A stretch of 64,000 nucleotides of DNA from Paracoccaceae bacterium (GTDB taxonomy: Bacteria; Pseudomonadota; Alphaproteobacteria; Rhodobacterales; Rhodobacteraceae), in the NCBI GenBank assembly GCA_947453525.1, contig CANGHD010000002.1, positions 1,447 through 65,446 on the forward strand, read 5' to 3'. Below, one piece after another: positions 47,863 through 57,519 of the stretch (position 1 is its first letter; the number at the start of each line of letters is the position of its first letter). The notes under the pieces were generated by a model. It was not told where the DNA came from and did no database searches. It saw only the letters and a list, made by a program, of their open reading frames with translations. The position numbers and the translations under genes were made by a program.

Positions 47863-49593
47863 ATGGCCGGATCTGCCGAACTGAATTTCTCGATGTCTTT
47901 TGGAACGATCAGCGCAGCCCCCATGGGGTCTGCCAAACCGACCCGGTTCCGCATCGCCATCCTGGGCGATTTTTCCGGACGTGCCGCGCGGGGCGAGGTC
48001 GAGATCGGTGCCGATCTGGCGGCGCGGCGCCCGATCAAGCTGGATGTCGACACGCTGGACAAAGTCATCAAGGGCTTTGCCGCCGAACTGATCCTGCCCA
48101 TAGGGCGCGATGGCGCGGGGATCGAGGTATCACTGGCTTCGGTCGATGACCTGCATCCGGATGAATTGTTCGGCAATGTCGAGATGTTTGCCGAACTGGT
48201 CGCGCTGAAACGGCGGCTGTCTTTGGGCAAGACGGCGGCCGGTGCGGTGACTGAATTGAAAGGGTGGGGCGAGGAGTTTGGCCGCAAGATCAACCCTCCC
48301 GCGAAGAAATCGGCGGGCAACGCGGTGCCGTCGGACCGCAAGCTGACGGATTTTGCCGCACTGGTCGGGGGCGGTGTCGCGCGCAAGGCCGAGGCGTCCT
48401 CGACCGATGATCTATTGCAGCGGATTGTCGGGCCCTATGTGCAGGCGCTGCCCGATCCGGATGCCTCGGCCTTGCAGGACGCGGCGGAGGAGGCTTTGGC
48501 CGGGGCGATGCGGCTGGTGCTGCATCACCCGGAATTCCAGTCGGTCGAGGCGCAGTGGCGGATGCTGGACCTGATCACCCGCAATGTGGAGACGGATCAG
48601 AAGCTGGATCTGGTGGTCTATGACATCTCGGCCGAGGAACTGGCGGCGGATCTGGCGGCGGTCGATGACCTCTCGCAATCGGGCCTGTGCCAGTTGCTGG
48701 CCGAAAGCACGCCCGACGGGCGTGGGCCGTTCAGTGCGGTGTGCGGGCTTTACACGTTCGAAGAAACCCCGACCCATGCCGAACTGGTCGGGCGGATCGC
48801 CCAAGTGGCGGCCCATGTCCGCGCGGCGGTCTTTGCCGCCATCACGCCGACCTTTCTCGACACCGACATCAAGGACCGCCACCCGCTGGTTGCGTCGGCC
48901 TGGGATGCGCTGCGCGAGATGCCCGAGGCCGGCTATGTCGGCCTCGTCTCGCCGCGCTTTTTGCTGCGCAGGCCCTATGGCGCGAAATCGGATCCGATTT
49001 CGGAGTTCGATTTCGAGGAGTTCACCGAAAGCGAAGGCCTGTCGGGCATGCTCTGGGCCAATCCGGTGGCGCTTGTAGCGATCCTTTTGGCCCGCAGTTT
49101 CCGCAAGAACGGGCCCTCGCTGGGGCTGGGTCAGGTCATGTCTTTGGGGGGCATGCCCTATCACTACGTCAAGGACCGCCACGGCGATCAGGTGGCCTTG
49201 CCCTGCACCGAACGCAACCTGAGCCAGGCCAGAACGCAAGCCACCATCGGGCGCGGCTATATGCCGGTGATTTCGGTCAAGGGGCGCGACGAGGTGCGGC
49301 TGGGGTCATTTCAGGCGCTGAACGGCGAGACGATTCTGGGCTTCTGGTCCGACGTGCCGCCGCCCAAGCCGCGCGCGCCGGTCGAACGGGCTGCGGCCAA
49401 GGCTCCGGTTGCGGCTCCAGTGCAACCGGCGGCGGCCGAAGCCCCGGTGGAGAGCATCGACGCCGATCTGGATGCGCTGCTGGCCAGTTTCGGGGACGAT
49501 TTCGGCTCCAGCGAGCCGGCCAAGGACGAGGCGCCTGCGGCGACCGAAGAAGATATGGACGCTGATCTGGCAGCCCTTTTGGCAAGCCTTTGA
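47863..49593 (+). CDS. Second sheath-like protein (TssB-like N-terminus joined to TssC-like domain)
   Basis: RFRIAILGDFSG and SVDDLHPDEL (TssB-like); LHHPEFQSVEAQWR, PRFLLRRPYG, LWANP (TssC-like); acidic tail. Confidence 0.8.
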   Translation: MAGSAELNFSMSFGTISAAPMGSAKPTRFRIAILGDFSGRAARGEVEIGADLAARRPIKLDVDTLDKVIKGFAAELILPIGRDGAGIEVSLASVDDLHPDELFGNVEMFAELVALKRRLSLGKTAAGAVTELKGWGEEFGRKINPPAKKSAGNAVPSDRKLTDFAALVGGGVARKAEASSTDDLLQRIVGPYVQALPDPDASALQDAAEEALAGAMRLVLHHPEFQSVEAQWRMLDLITRNVETDQKLDLVVYDISAEELAADLAAVDDLSQSGLCQLLAESTPDGRGPFSAVCGLYTFEETPTHAELVGRIAQVAAHVRAAVFAAITPTFLDTDIKDRHPLVASAWDALREMPEAGYVGLVSPRFLLRRPYGAKSDPISEFDFEEFTESEGLSGMLWANPVALVAILLARSFRKNGPSLGLGQVMSLGGMPYHYVKDRHGDQVALPCTERNLSQARTQATIGRGYMPVISVKGRDEVRLGSFQALNGETILGFWSDVPPPKPRAPVERAAAKAPVAAPVQPAAAEAPVESIDADLDALLASFGDDFGSSEPAKDEAPAATEEDMDADLAALLASL

Positions 49594-49802
49594 ACAGGCT
49601 AGGATGGGTGGCGGATCAATTCGGCCAAATCGGCCAAGTCATTCGGCGGCTGTGTGGGGTGTTATGTGACAAGGGGCGACAAAACACCGTTGGTCTGTCG
49701 CATAAAGGTGTAGGACAATGAGCGCGCTGGGGTCTTGCGTCATATCTTCCTGACGCGCGATATCGGGTTAACGAAGGCCGGCCTGAACGAAGGTTGATAG
49801 TG

Positions 49803-51908
49803 ATGACAGATCTGCGACAGACGGAAAACCTTTTCATCGAACTCAGTGGCGAAGGCGCCACGGACCTTATCTGCATTGGCGCGCGGGTGCGCGAGCGGTT
49901 TTCGACGATCCCGGAAATGCGGATGGAATTCACCGCCAAGACCACGAACTTCGAACCCAAATCCATTCTGGGCAAGCGGATCACCCTGAAGACCAAGCAA
50001 GGGTTCCAGTGGTCAGGCCTTGTCGTTTCGGTTGAGGATGTCGGTCTTGAGAAGGGCGTGGATGTCTATGCCGCCGAATTGCGCGGTTGGCTCTGGCTGG
50101 CCACGCTGGGCGAGGAGAACCGGATCTATCAGAAGATGGATGCGCTGGAGATCATTTCGGATGTCTTTGACAAGATGGGCATCAGCGATTTTCAAAGCAA
50201 GGTCACCGGCAAGCCCGAACAGCGCGAGTATTGCGTGCAATACGGCGAAAGCAATTTCGACTTCATCAGCCGTCTGATGGAGGAGGAGGGGATCTATTAC
50301 GGATTTGACCACTCGGGTGCGACCGAAAAGATGATCCTTGCCAACGATGCTTCGGCCCATCCCGACGTGGGCGAGATCGGCTTCACCAAAAGCAACATCA
50401 TGCGCAAGGTCCGTGCCGATGCCGACACGATCTATGAATGGGCCGAGGTGGGCAAGGTGGTGTCTGGCAAGGTCTCGCTGTGGGACTATGATTTCACCCA
50501 GCCCAGAACGCCGCTTCTGGTGTCCAGCCTTGCCAATGGCGTCGGCAGCCACAGCCACGCCAAGATCGAACGCTATCAGTCCGGCGCGCACTACAAGACT
50601 GCCGACAAGGGCGAGAATCTGTTCGCCAAGAACATCGCCGAGGCCCACGCCGCCAATTTCGCCCGCGCCACGGGCCTGTGCAACACGGTGCTTGTGCGCA
50701 CCGGCGTCAAGTTCGCCTTCAAACATCACGAACGCCCGGCGGTGGATGGCAATTATCTGGTCGTGGCCTCGACCCATTTCATCCGCTTCGATGATCAGAC
50801 CTCGGGCACCGAGGCTGATCGCCTGAACCGGGCGGTGGAACAGATCCAGTATCCGACCGACATGGCGCTGTATGACGCCGAGTTCGAGGTGCAGCCCAGT
50901 GCCGTGCCCTTCAAGCCGCAGAAAGAAACGCCGTGGCCCGAAGTGCCGAGCCTGTTGACCGCTGTGGTCACCGGTCCGGCCGGGGACGAGATCCACACCG
51001 ACATGTATGGCCGCATCAAGGTGCAGTTCCCCTGGGACCGGATTGGCAAGAAGGATGACACCTCGACCTGCTTCGTGCGCTCGGTCATGCCGTGGACCGG
51101 CAACAAATGGGGCTTTCTGGCGGTGCCGCGCATCGGGATGGAAGTGATCATCCAGTTCGAGCGTGGCAATATCGACCGGCCGATCTGTACCGGCATGGTC
51201 TATAACGGCGACAACAAGCCGCCCTATGATGTGCCCGGCCAGATGAACAAGATGGGCTGGCGCACCAACTCGACCAAAGGCGGCGGCGGCTTTCACGAAC
51301 TGACGATGGACGACACCAAGGGCAGCGAAAGTGTGTTCTTCCAGTCGGAAAAGGACTACAAGCAGATCATCAAGAACAATGCCGAAATCACCATCGGCAT
51401 GGAAAAGAAAGATCCCGGTGATCTGACCCAGACGATCTTCCACAACTTCACCGAGGTCATCAAGACCGGTGACGTCAGCCAGACGATCGAAACCGGCAGC
51501 CGGATCACCCATATCAACACCGACGACACCACGACGATCCTCGGCAAGTCGAGCACAACGATCACCGGTGACACCACGGTTGAAATTTCCGAAGGCAATC
51601 TCACCGAGTCCGTCAAGCACGGCAACATGTCGACCGAGGTGTCGGGGGGCAACCAGGCGGTCTTGGTGGACAAGGGGAACATCTCGGTCAAGGCCACCGC
51701 CGGCAAGATCGAGATCGAGGCTGGGGCGTCCATCACGCTGAAGGTGGGAAGCAACACGATCACCATCGACACGACGGGTGTTTCCATAAAGGCCGCCATG
51801 ATCTCGCTCGATGCCGACGGGCAGATCAGCGTTCAAGCCGGTGGCATGGTCCAGATTGATGGTGGCCCTTCGACCATCATCAAGGGCGGAATGGTGGCGA
51901 TCAATTGA
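49803..51908 (+). CDS. vgrG: T6SS spike VgrG without C-terminal effector extension
   Basis: REYCVQYGESNFDFISRLMEEEGIYY, IHTDMYGRIKVQFPWDR, PRIGMEV..F..G..DRP; beta-helix tail ending GGMVAIN. Confidence 0.96.
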   Translation: MTDLRQTENLFIELSGEGATDLICIGARVRERFSTIPEMRMEFTAKTTNFEPKSILGKRITLKTKQGFQWSGLVVSVEDVGLEKGVDVYAAELRGWLWLATLGEENRIYQKMDALEIISDVFDKMGISDFQSKVTGKPEQREYCVQYGESNFDFISRLMEEEGIYYGFDHSGATEKMILANDASAHPDVGEIGFTKSNIMRKVRADADTIYEWAEVGKVVSGKVSLWDYDFTQPRTPLLVSSLANGVGSHSHAKIERYQSGAHYKTADKGENLFAKNIAEAHAANFARATGLCNTVLVRTGVKFAFKHHERPAVDGNYLVVASTHFIRFDDQTSGTEADRLNRAVEQIQYPTDMALYDAEFEVQPSAVPFKPQKETPWPEVPSLLTAVVTGPAGDEIHTDMYGRIKVQFPWDRIGKKDDTSTCFVRSVMPWTGNKWGFLAVPRIGMEVIIQFERGNIDRPICTGMVYNGDNKPPYDVPGQMNKMGWRTNSTKGGGGFHELTMDDTKGSESVFFQSEKDYKQIIKNNAEITIGMEKKDPGDLTQTIFHNFTEVIKTGDVSQTIETGSRITHINTDDTTTILGKSSTTITGDTTVEISEGNLTESVKHGNMSTEVSGGNQAVLVDKGNISVKATAGKIEIEAGASITLKVGSNTITIDTTGVSIKAAMISLDADGQISVQAGGMVQIDGGPSTIIKGGMVAIN

Positions 51909-51918
51909 GGGCAAAGTC

Positions 51919-52521
51919 ATGAGCGACCGTTTCACCGGACTGATCAAGGTGCCCAAGCAGCCAGCCGCGCGCCTGCTGTCGCATGCCAATGCCGAATTGC
52001 ACACTGAACTGGAGGCCCCGGCCAGCGCCCCGGTCGAGGTGGTTCTGGCGGAGCTGGAACAGAAGGGCGCGCTGATCGACATGCTGCATCTGTTGGCGGT
52101 GGCCTTGCCTGCCCGCGAGCGGGTCTGGTGGGCCTGTCTGGCCGCGCGCGACACGCTGAAACCGGGCGCCAAGGTGCCGCCTCCGTTGGCGGCGGCAGAG
52201 GCTTGGGTCTTCAAACCCAGCGAGGAAAACCGTGCCGTGGCCCATCATGCCGTCCAACACGCCAGCCAGAAGGACGACACCAAGCATTGCGCGCTGGCGG
52301 TGCAGTTCCACGATGGCACGCTTGGGCCCGGTGATCTGGCGCAGCATGCGGCTCCGCCCGGCGGGTCCGAGGTTTCGGCCTTTTCGATGAACATCGTGGC
52401 GATTGCCAAAAGCGGCAAGACGCTGGAAGTGGCCGCCAAATTGCTGATCGACCGCGCTCTGGACATTGCGCGCGGCGGATCGGGCCGGATCGAAGCGCAG
52501 ACAACCACGGAGGGAGCCTGA
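51919..52521 (+). CDS. Conserved VgrG/PAAR-associated protein (DUF6931-like)
   Basis: LAVALPARERVWWACL, AAEAWVFKPSEENR, ALDIARGG; between vgrG and PAAR. Family name recalled, not searched. Confidence 0.7.
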   Translation: MSDRFTGLIKVPKQPAARLLSHANAELHTELEAPASAPVEVVLAELEQKGALIDMLHLLAVALPARERVWWACLAARDTLKPGAKVPPPLAAAEAWVFKPSEENRAVAHHAVQHASQKDDTKHCALAVQFHDGTLGPGDLAQHAAPPGGSEVSAFSMNIVAIAKSGKTLEVAAKLLIDRALDIARGGSGRIEAQTTTEGA

Positions 52522-52523
52522 CC

Positions 52524-52823
52524 ATGCCATTCGCAGCCCGAGTTGGCGACATGCATGTCTGCCCGATGGTGACGCCGGGCTTACCGCCCATTCCGCATGT
52601 GGGCGGCCCGATCTCGGGACCGGGTGCGCCTACCGTGATGACCTGTGGCGTGTTTCAGGCCGTGGTCGGCGACATGTGTGTCTGCGTCGGTCCGCCAGAT
52701 TCGATCGTCAAGGGGTCCTCTTCGGTGACGGCGTGCGGCAAGCCTGCCGCGCGAATGGGGGATTCGACCGCGCATGGCGGCAGCATCGTGGGTTTTGCCC
52801 CCACCGTGATGATCGGGGGATGA
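52524..52823 (+). CDS. PAAR-domain spike tip protein (no extension)
   Basis: FAARVGDMHVCP, PHVGGPI, GKPAARMGDSTAHGGSI, TVMIGG. Confidence 0.95.
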   Translation: MPFAARVGDMHVCPMVTPGLPPIPHVGGPISGPGAPTVMTCGVFQAVVGDMCVCVGPPDSIVKGSSSVTACGKPAARMGDSTAHGGSIVGFAPTVMIGG

Positions 52824-52830
52824 ACCAATC

Positions 52831-54681
52831 ATGCCGGTGACGCTGCGGTTTCAGTCTTCGGGTGCGGTGCCGGGCGATGGGCATCCCATCGTCATGCGCG
52901 GCCCAAGCCTGACCATCGGACGGGGCCCGGAAAATGACGTGGTCCTGCCCGATCCCGACCGCATGATCTCCAAGACGCATTGCGTGGTGGAAAATCACAA
53001 TGGCAGCGTGGTGGTGGTTGATTTCTCGACCAATGGCACCTTCCTGAACTATGGCAAAGTGGCCCTGGGCCGCACGGCCACGCCGATCAATGACGGCGAT
53101 GTGCTGATCATGGGCGGCTATGAACTGGTGGTGCAGATCACCTCCGCCACCAGCCATGCCGAGCCTCTGGCACCCTTGGCGGACGAGCGCGCCTCGTTCG
53201 GCAATGCACGTGCCGCACCCGACCCATACAAACTGCTGGACGATGCCGGACCCGGAGGCGATTTTCTGGACAGCCTCTTGGGCGCGTCCGACAAGCCCAA
53301 GGGGCCGGGGCAGTTCCGCAAGGAGCAGGAACACGTCGACCTGCTGCCACCGATCGGCGATGATGGCCCCTTGCTGGGACCGGCCCCGGTGATGCCCTCG
53401 CAACCCGCGATGCGCAATCATTCGGCGGCGGTGACCGACAGTTTCCTGCCCGCGCAGACGGCCACGTCCAAATCGGTGATCCCGGATGACTGGGACGATC
53501 TTCTGGCCCCGACCCCCGCCCCAAGCCGCCCGCGCAGTGTGCAGCAGGCCTTGGCACCCGGGGCGGATATCTTCAGCCACGCCGCACCGGCCCCGCGCAC
53601 GCCGGCCTTGCCGGACGACGACATCTTTGGTGGCCCGGTTGCTCCTCCGCCCCGCGCTGCCCCCCCGCCCCCTGCCGTTCTGCCCATGGCGGCGCTGCCC
53701 GACGATGACTTCCTTGATCTTGCGCCGCCGCCCGCCGCGCCACCGGCCTCCAATCCGGCACCGCCTCCCCCCACGGCCGAGACCGAACAAGACCTGCCTC
53801 CACCGCCTGCCGTGGCGGAACCGCCGACTGCTGGGCAGGCCCGGCCTGCGGCCTTCGACCCCTTTGCAACTTCGGCCCCGCCTTTCGATCCTTTCGTGAC
53901 CGACCCCAACCAAAAGATGCCCAGTCAGCCGGTCCCGGCACAATCGGCCGTGCTGGACCCGGTTCTGGACAGGTTCTCGGCAGCGCCGGCAATCCCTGCG
54001 GCGGTTCACCCCCCTGTCATGCCGCCGCCGGTTATGCCACCCCCGGTCCTCCAGCCGCCCGCTGCGTCGGGGCCGGTTTCGGGCGTGGACGCGGCGCGTG
54101 CCTTCCTTGCCGCTGTCGGGGCCGAAGAGGTCCGGATCACCGACGCCGAACTGCCCGACACAATGGCGCGTCTGGGCCGCACGCTGAAGTCGATGATCAC
54201 CGGCCTGCGCGAGATTCTGATGACGCGAACCTCGATCAAGTCGGAGTTCCGCATCGAGCAGACCATGGTCAATGTGGGCGGCAATAACCCCCTCAAGTTC
54301 TCGGTCACCCCCGAACAGGCGATTGAGGCGATGGTGAAACCCACCGCACGCGGCTATCTGCCCGCCGAAGCGGCGGCGACCCAGGCGCTGGAGGATGTCA
54401 AGGCCCATGAAATCGCCATGATGACCGGGATGGAGGCCGCGCTGAAAGGCGTTCTGGCCAAGCTCGACCCCGCCATCCTGACCTCCAAGATCGAAGCCAA
54501 GGGTGGCTTCGGCGGGTTCTTCTCGAACCGCAAGGCGCAGTATTGGGAAACCTACGAAACGATGTATGCCGAAATCAGCGATCAGGCCGAAAACGACTTC
54601 CATGAGCTCTTTGCCAAGGAATTCGCCCAAGCCTACCGGGCCCAGCTTGCCCGGTTGAAGGAAGCCAAATCCCGCGGCTGA
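52831..54681 (+). CDS. tagH: T6SS FHA-domain protein TagH/Fha
   Basis: IGRG..ND.VLPDP..ISKTHC, STNGTFLN FHA motif; Pro-rich linker; C-terminal NNPLKFS, AHEIA, F.KEFAQAY. Confidence 0.93.
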   Translation: MPVTLRFQSSGAVPGDGHPIVMRGPSLTIGRGPENDVVLPDPDRMISKTHCVVENHNGSVVVVDFSTNGTFLNYGKVALGRTATPINDGDVLIMGGYELVVQITSATSHAEPLAPLADERASFGNARAAPDPYKLLDDAGPGGDFLDSLLGASDKPKGPGQFRKEQEHVDLLPPIGDDGPLLGPAPVMPSQPAMRNHSAAVTDSFLPAQTATSKSVIPDDWDDLLAPTPAPSRPRSVQQALAPGADIFSHAAPAPRTPALPDDDIFGGPVAPPPRAAPPPPAVLPMAALPDDDFLDLAPPPAAPPASNPAPPPPTAETEQDLPPPPAVAEPPTAGQARPAAFDPFATSAPPFDPFVTDPNQKMPSQPVPAQSAVLDPVLDRFSAAPAIPAAVHPPVMPPPVMPPPVLQPPAASGPVSGVDAARAFLAAVGAEEVRITDAELPDTMARLGRTLKSMITGLREILMTRTSIKSEFRIEQTMVNVGGNNPLKFSVTPEQAIEAMVKPTARGYLPAEAAATQALEDVKAHEIAMMTGMEAALKGVLAKLDPAILTSKIEAKGGFGGFFSNRKAQYWETYETMYAEISDQAENDFHELFAKEFAQAYRAQLARLKEAKSRG

Positions 54682-54718
54682 GGCCAAGGGCGAAGACGGA
54701 AGAACGAAGGAGACTGCA

Positions 54719-56059
54719 TTGTCCTGGGACAGCAAGGTATTGTGGACGGAGGGGCTGTTTCTGCAGCCTCACCACTTTCAGCAAGCCGACCGCTACCACG
54801 AGGCGCTGATCGCCGGGCTGGCGCGACGGGTGACGTCCTATGCCTGGGGCGTCTCGGCGCTGGAACTGGACGAGGCTGCGCTGAAGGTGGGGCAGATTGC
54901 GCTGAAGACGGTGTCGGGGTTGACGCAGGATGGTACGGTGTTCCGGGTGCCGCAGGCCGATGAACACCCGCCTGCCTTGGAAGTGCCGCCCAACATCAAG
55001 GACTGCGTGGTGATGCTGACCGTGCCGCAACGCCGTCAGGGCGCGCAGGAGGTTGACCTGACCGGCGCCGAACTGTCCGCCAGCCGCCTGCGTCCAGCTG
55101 AAGTGGAGGTGACCGACACCATGAGCCTTGACCGCAAGGCCGTGACGCTGGGTGTAGGCAAGATGCGCCTGCAATTCGCTTTGGCCGTCGATGACATGGC
55201 CGACAAGCTGGCCATCCCCATCGCCCGCATCATCGAGGTGCGGCCCGACCGCGAGGTGGTGCTGGACACGGGCTTCATCCCGTCTTGTCTTGACGTGCGC
55301 GCGGCCTTCCCGCTGGCGTCCTTCATGCGGGAACTGGAGGGGCTGATCAGCCACCGCGTCACCGCATTGGCAGGCCGTCTGTCGGATGGCGGTGCGACGC
55401 GGGGTGTGGCGGAGATTCAGGATTTCCTTCTGCTGATGGTCTGCAACCGCGTGCTGCCGATGATCAAGCATCTGGGCACCATCGAGAATGTGCACCCGGT
55501 GGATTTCTTTGCCGAATGCGTGAAGCTGGCCGGCGAGTTGGCCACCTTCATGGCCCCCGACAAACGGGCCCCGGAAATCCCGGCCTACCGCCACGATGAT
55601 CTGAAGGGCACCTTCGCGCCGCTGATCCGCGTGCTGCGGCAGTATCTTTCTTCGGTTCTGGAACAGAATGCCGTCTCGATCCCGCTGGAGCCGCGCAAGT
55701 ACGGAATCTCGGTTGGCCTGATCGCGGACCGCAAGCTGTTGTCGACGGCGGGCTTCGTGCTGGCGGTCAAGGCAGACATTGCGGATGAGACGGTGCGGCG
55801 ACATTTCGCCGGACAGGTCAAGATCGGCCCGGTGGAGGAGATCAGGCCGCTGGTCAACTCGGCCCTGCCGGGCATCGGCCTGCGGCCCTTGCCGGTGGCG
55901 CCCCGGCAAATCCCCTATCACGCCGGGGTGGTGTATTTCCAGCTTGAGGAGGGCAGCCCCTATTGGGCCAAGATGACCACCTCTGGCGGGATCGCGGTGC
56001 ATGTGTCGGGGGATTACCCCGGCCTGTCGATGGAACTGTGGGCAATTCGCCAAGGCTAA
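54719..56059 (+). CDS. tssK: T6SS baseplate TssK
   Basis: TTG start with GGAGA RBS; VLWTEGLFLQPHHFQQ, LPVAPRQIPYHAG, ELWAIR. Confidence 0.96.
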   Translation: MSWDSKVLWTEGLFLQPHHFQQADRYHEALIAGLARRVTSYAWGVSALELDEAALKVGQIALKTVSGLTQDGTVFRVPQADEHPPALEVPPNIKDCVVMLTVPQRRQGAQEVDLTGAELSASRLRPAEVEVTDTMSLDRKAVTLGVGKMRLQFALAVDDMADKLAIPIARIIEVRPDREVVLDTGFIPSCLDVRAAFPLASFMRELEGLISHRVTALAGRLSDGGATRGVAEIQDFLLLMVCNRVLPMIKHLGTIENVHPVDFFAECVKLAGELATFMAPDKRAPEIPAYRHDDLKGTFAPLIRVLRQYLSSVLEQNAVSIPLEPRKYGISVGLIADRKLLSTAGFVLAVKADIADETVRRHFAGQVKIGPVEEIRPLVNSALPGIGLRPLPVAPRQIPYHAGVVYFQLEEGSPYWAKMTTSGGIAVHVSGDYPGLSMELWAIRQG

Positions 56060-56077
56060 GACGTTCGGGAGGAAACT

Positions 56078-57517
56078 ATGTCGAACAAGGACCCCTTTGC
56101 CGAGCCCGATGACAACGAGCGCACGGTGATCCGTCCCAATCCGGGCGGCAAGCGCCCCGTGGCCGCTCCGGCCGCGCCGCAGCCCAGTTTCGGAGGTACG
56201 GGGCAGGCCTATGGCGGGCAGGCTTACGGCACGGCGACCCCGGCGCAGGCGGCAGAGCCCAGTCAGGCGCTGGGAGTGCCCGGCAGTTCCACGCCGCGCG
56301 GCGCTGCCGATGCCAATGCGATTGCGATGACCGGGGTGAACCAGTTGGTGGCGATTGCCACGCCTCTGCTGTCGCTGGTCAGCCGCATCCGCAACCGGGC
56401 GCAACACATGGACCCCGAAAAGCTGCGCCAGTCGGTGATGGCCGAGGTGCGGGCCTTCGAGAATGCCGCGCTCAAAGCGGGCGAGGATGCCCAGAAGGTC
56501 AAGGTCGCCCGCTATGCGCTTTGTGCCACTCTGGATGATGTGGTCTTGAACACGCCCTGGGGCGAGCAATCGTCCTGGGCCATGCAGTCGATGGTCGGCA
56601 CCTTCCACCGTGAGACCGTCGGCGGCGACCGCTTCTTTGACCTGCTGGCCCGTCTCGAGCAGGACCCTGGCACCAACATTGACCTGCTGGAATTCCTGTA
56701 TATGTGCCTGTCCCTGGGCTTTGAAGGCCGCTTGCGCGTGGAAAACGGCGGGCAGGACCGGCATCTGCAGATCAGGAATGCGCTGGCCCGCATCATCCGG
56801 GGCCAAAGGGGAGAGTTCGAGCGCGACCTGTCGCCGCATTGGAAAGGCGTCGTGCGCCCCTACAGGGTGCTGTCGGTCTGGAAGCCGGTCTGGATCGCCG
56901 TGGGGGCCACGGCAGCCATTCTGGCGCTGACATTTGCCGCCTTCAGCTATCTGCTCGACACAAGGGGCACTGTCGTGCTGTCCGAGATTTCCGCGCTGAA
57001 CACCGGCGTCGCGCCCACTCTCTTGCGCCGTGCCCCGCCGCCGCCACCCCCGCCGCCACCGAAAGAAGAGGTCGACAAGCTCGCCGTGCTTTCGACCTTC
57101 CTTGCGCCGGAGGTGAAAGAGGGCGTGGTGACGGTTCTGACCAAGGACAACACCGTGGTGGTGCGTCTGGCCGGGGTGGGCATGTTTGCCTCGGGCTCTG
57201 ACAAGCTGAAGCCGGAGTTCCTGCCGATCATCGCCCGCGTCGCCGAGGCGCTGAAGGATGAAAAGGGCCATATCGTCGTGGCGGGCCATTCCGACAGTTC
57301 CCCGGTCGGCTCTGGCCGCTTCAAAACCAACGAGGCGCTCAGTCAGGCCCGCGCCGATGCGGTGATGGCCATGATTGCCCCGGTCGTCGGAGACCCCACG
57401 CGGATCATCGCGGAGGGTCATGGCGCCAAGGAACCGATTGCCGACAATGCGACAAAGGAAGGCCGCGCACAAAACCGCCGGATCGAAATTCTGGTGGTGA
57501 AGGGCGAAGGAGCATAA
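56078..57517 (+). CDS. tssL: T6SS TssL (DotU) with C-terminal OmpA domain
   Basis: RYALCATLDD.VLNTPWG, GGDRFF, CLSLGFEGR; TM; GHSD, LSQARA, NRRIEI. Confidence 0.95.
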   Translation: MSNKDPFAEPDDNERTVIRPNPGGKRPVAAPAAPQPSFGGTGQAYGGQAYGTATPAQAAEPSQALGVPGSSTPRGAADANAIAMTGVNQLVAIATPLLSLVSRIRNRAQHMDPEKLRQSVMAEVRAFENAALKAGEDAQKVKVARYALCATLDDVVLNTPWGEQSSWAMQSMVGTFHRETVGGDRFFDLLARLEQDPGTNIDLLEFLYMCLSLGFEGRLRVENGGQDRHLQIRNALARIIRGQRGEFERDLSPHWKGVVRPYRVLSVWKPVWIAVGATAAILALTFAAFSYLLDTRGTVVLSEISALNTGVAPTLLRRAPPPPPPPPPKEEVDKLAVLSTFLAPEVKEGVVTVLTKDNTVVVRLAGVGMFASGSDKLKPEFLPIIARVAEALKDEKGHIVVAGHSDSSPVGSGRFKTNEALSQARADAVMAMIAPVVGDPTRIIAEGHGAKEPIADNATKEGRAQNRRIEILVVKGEGA

Positions 57518-57519
57518 TC

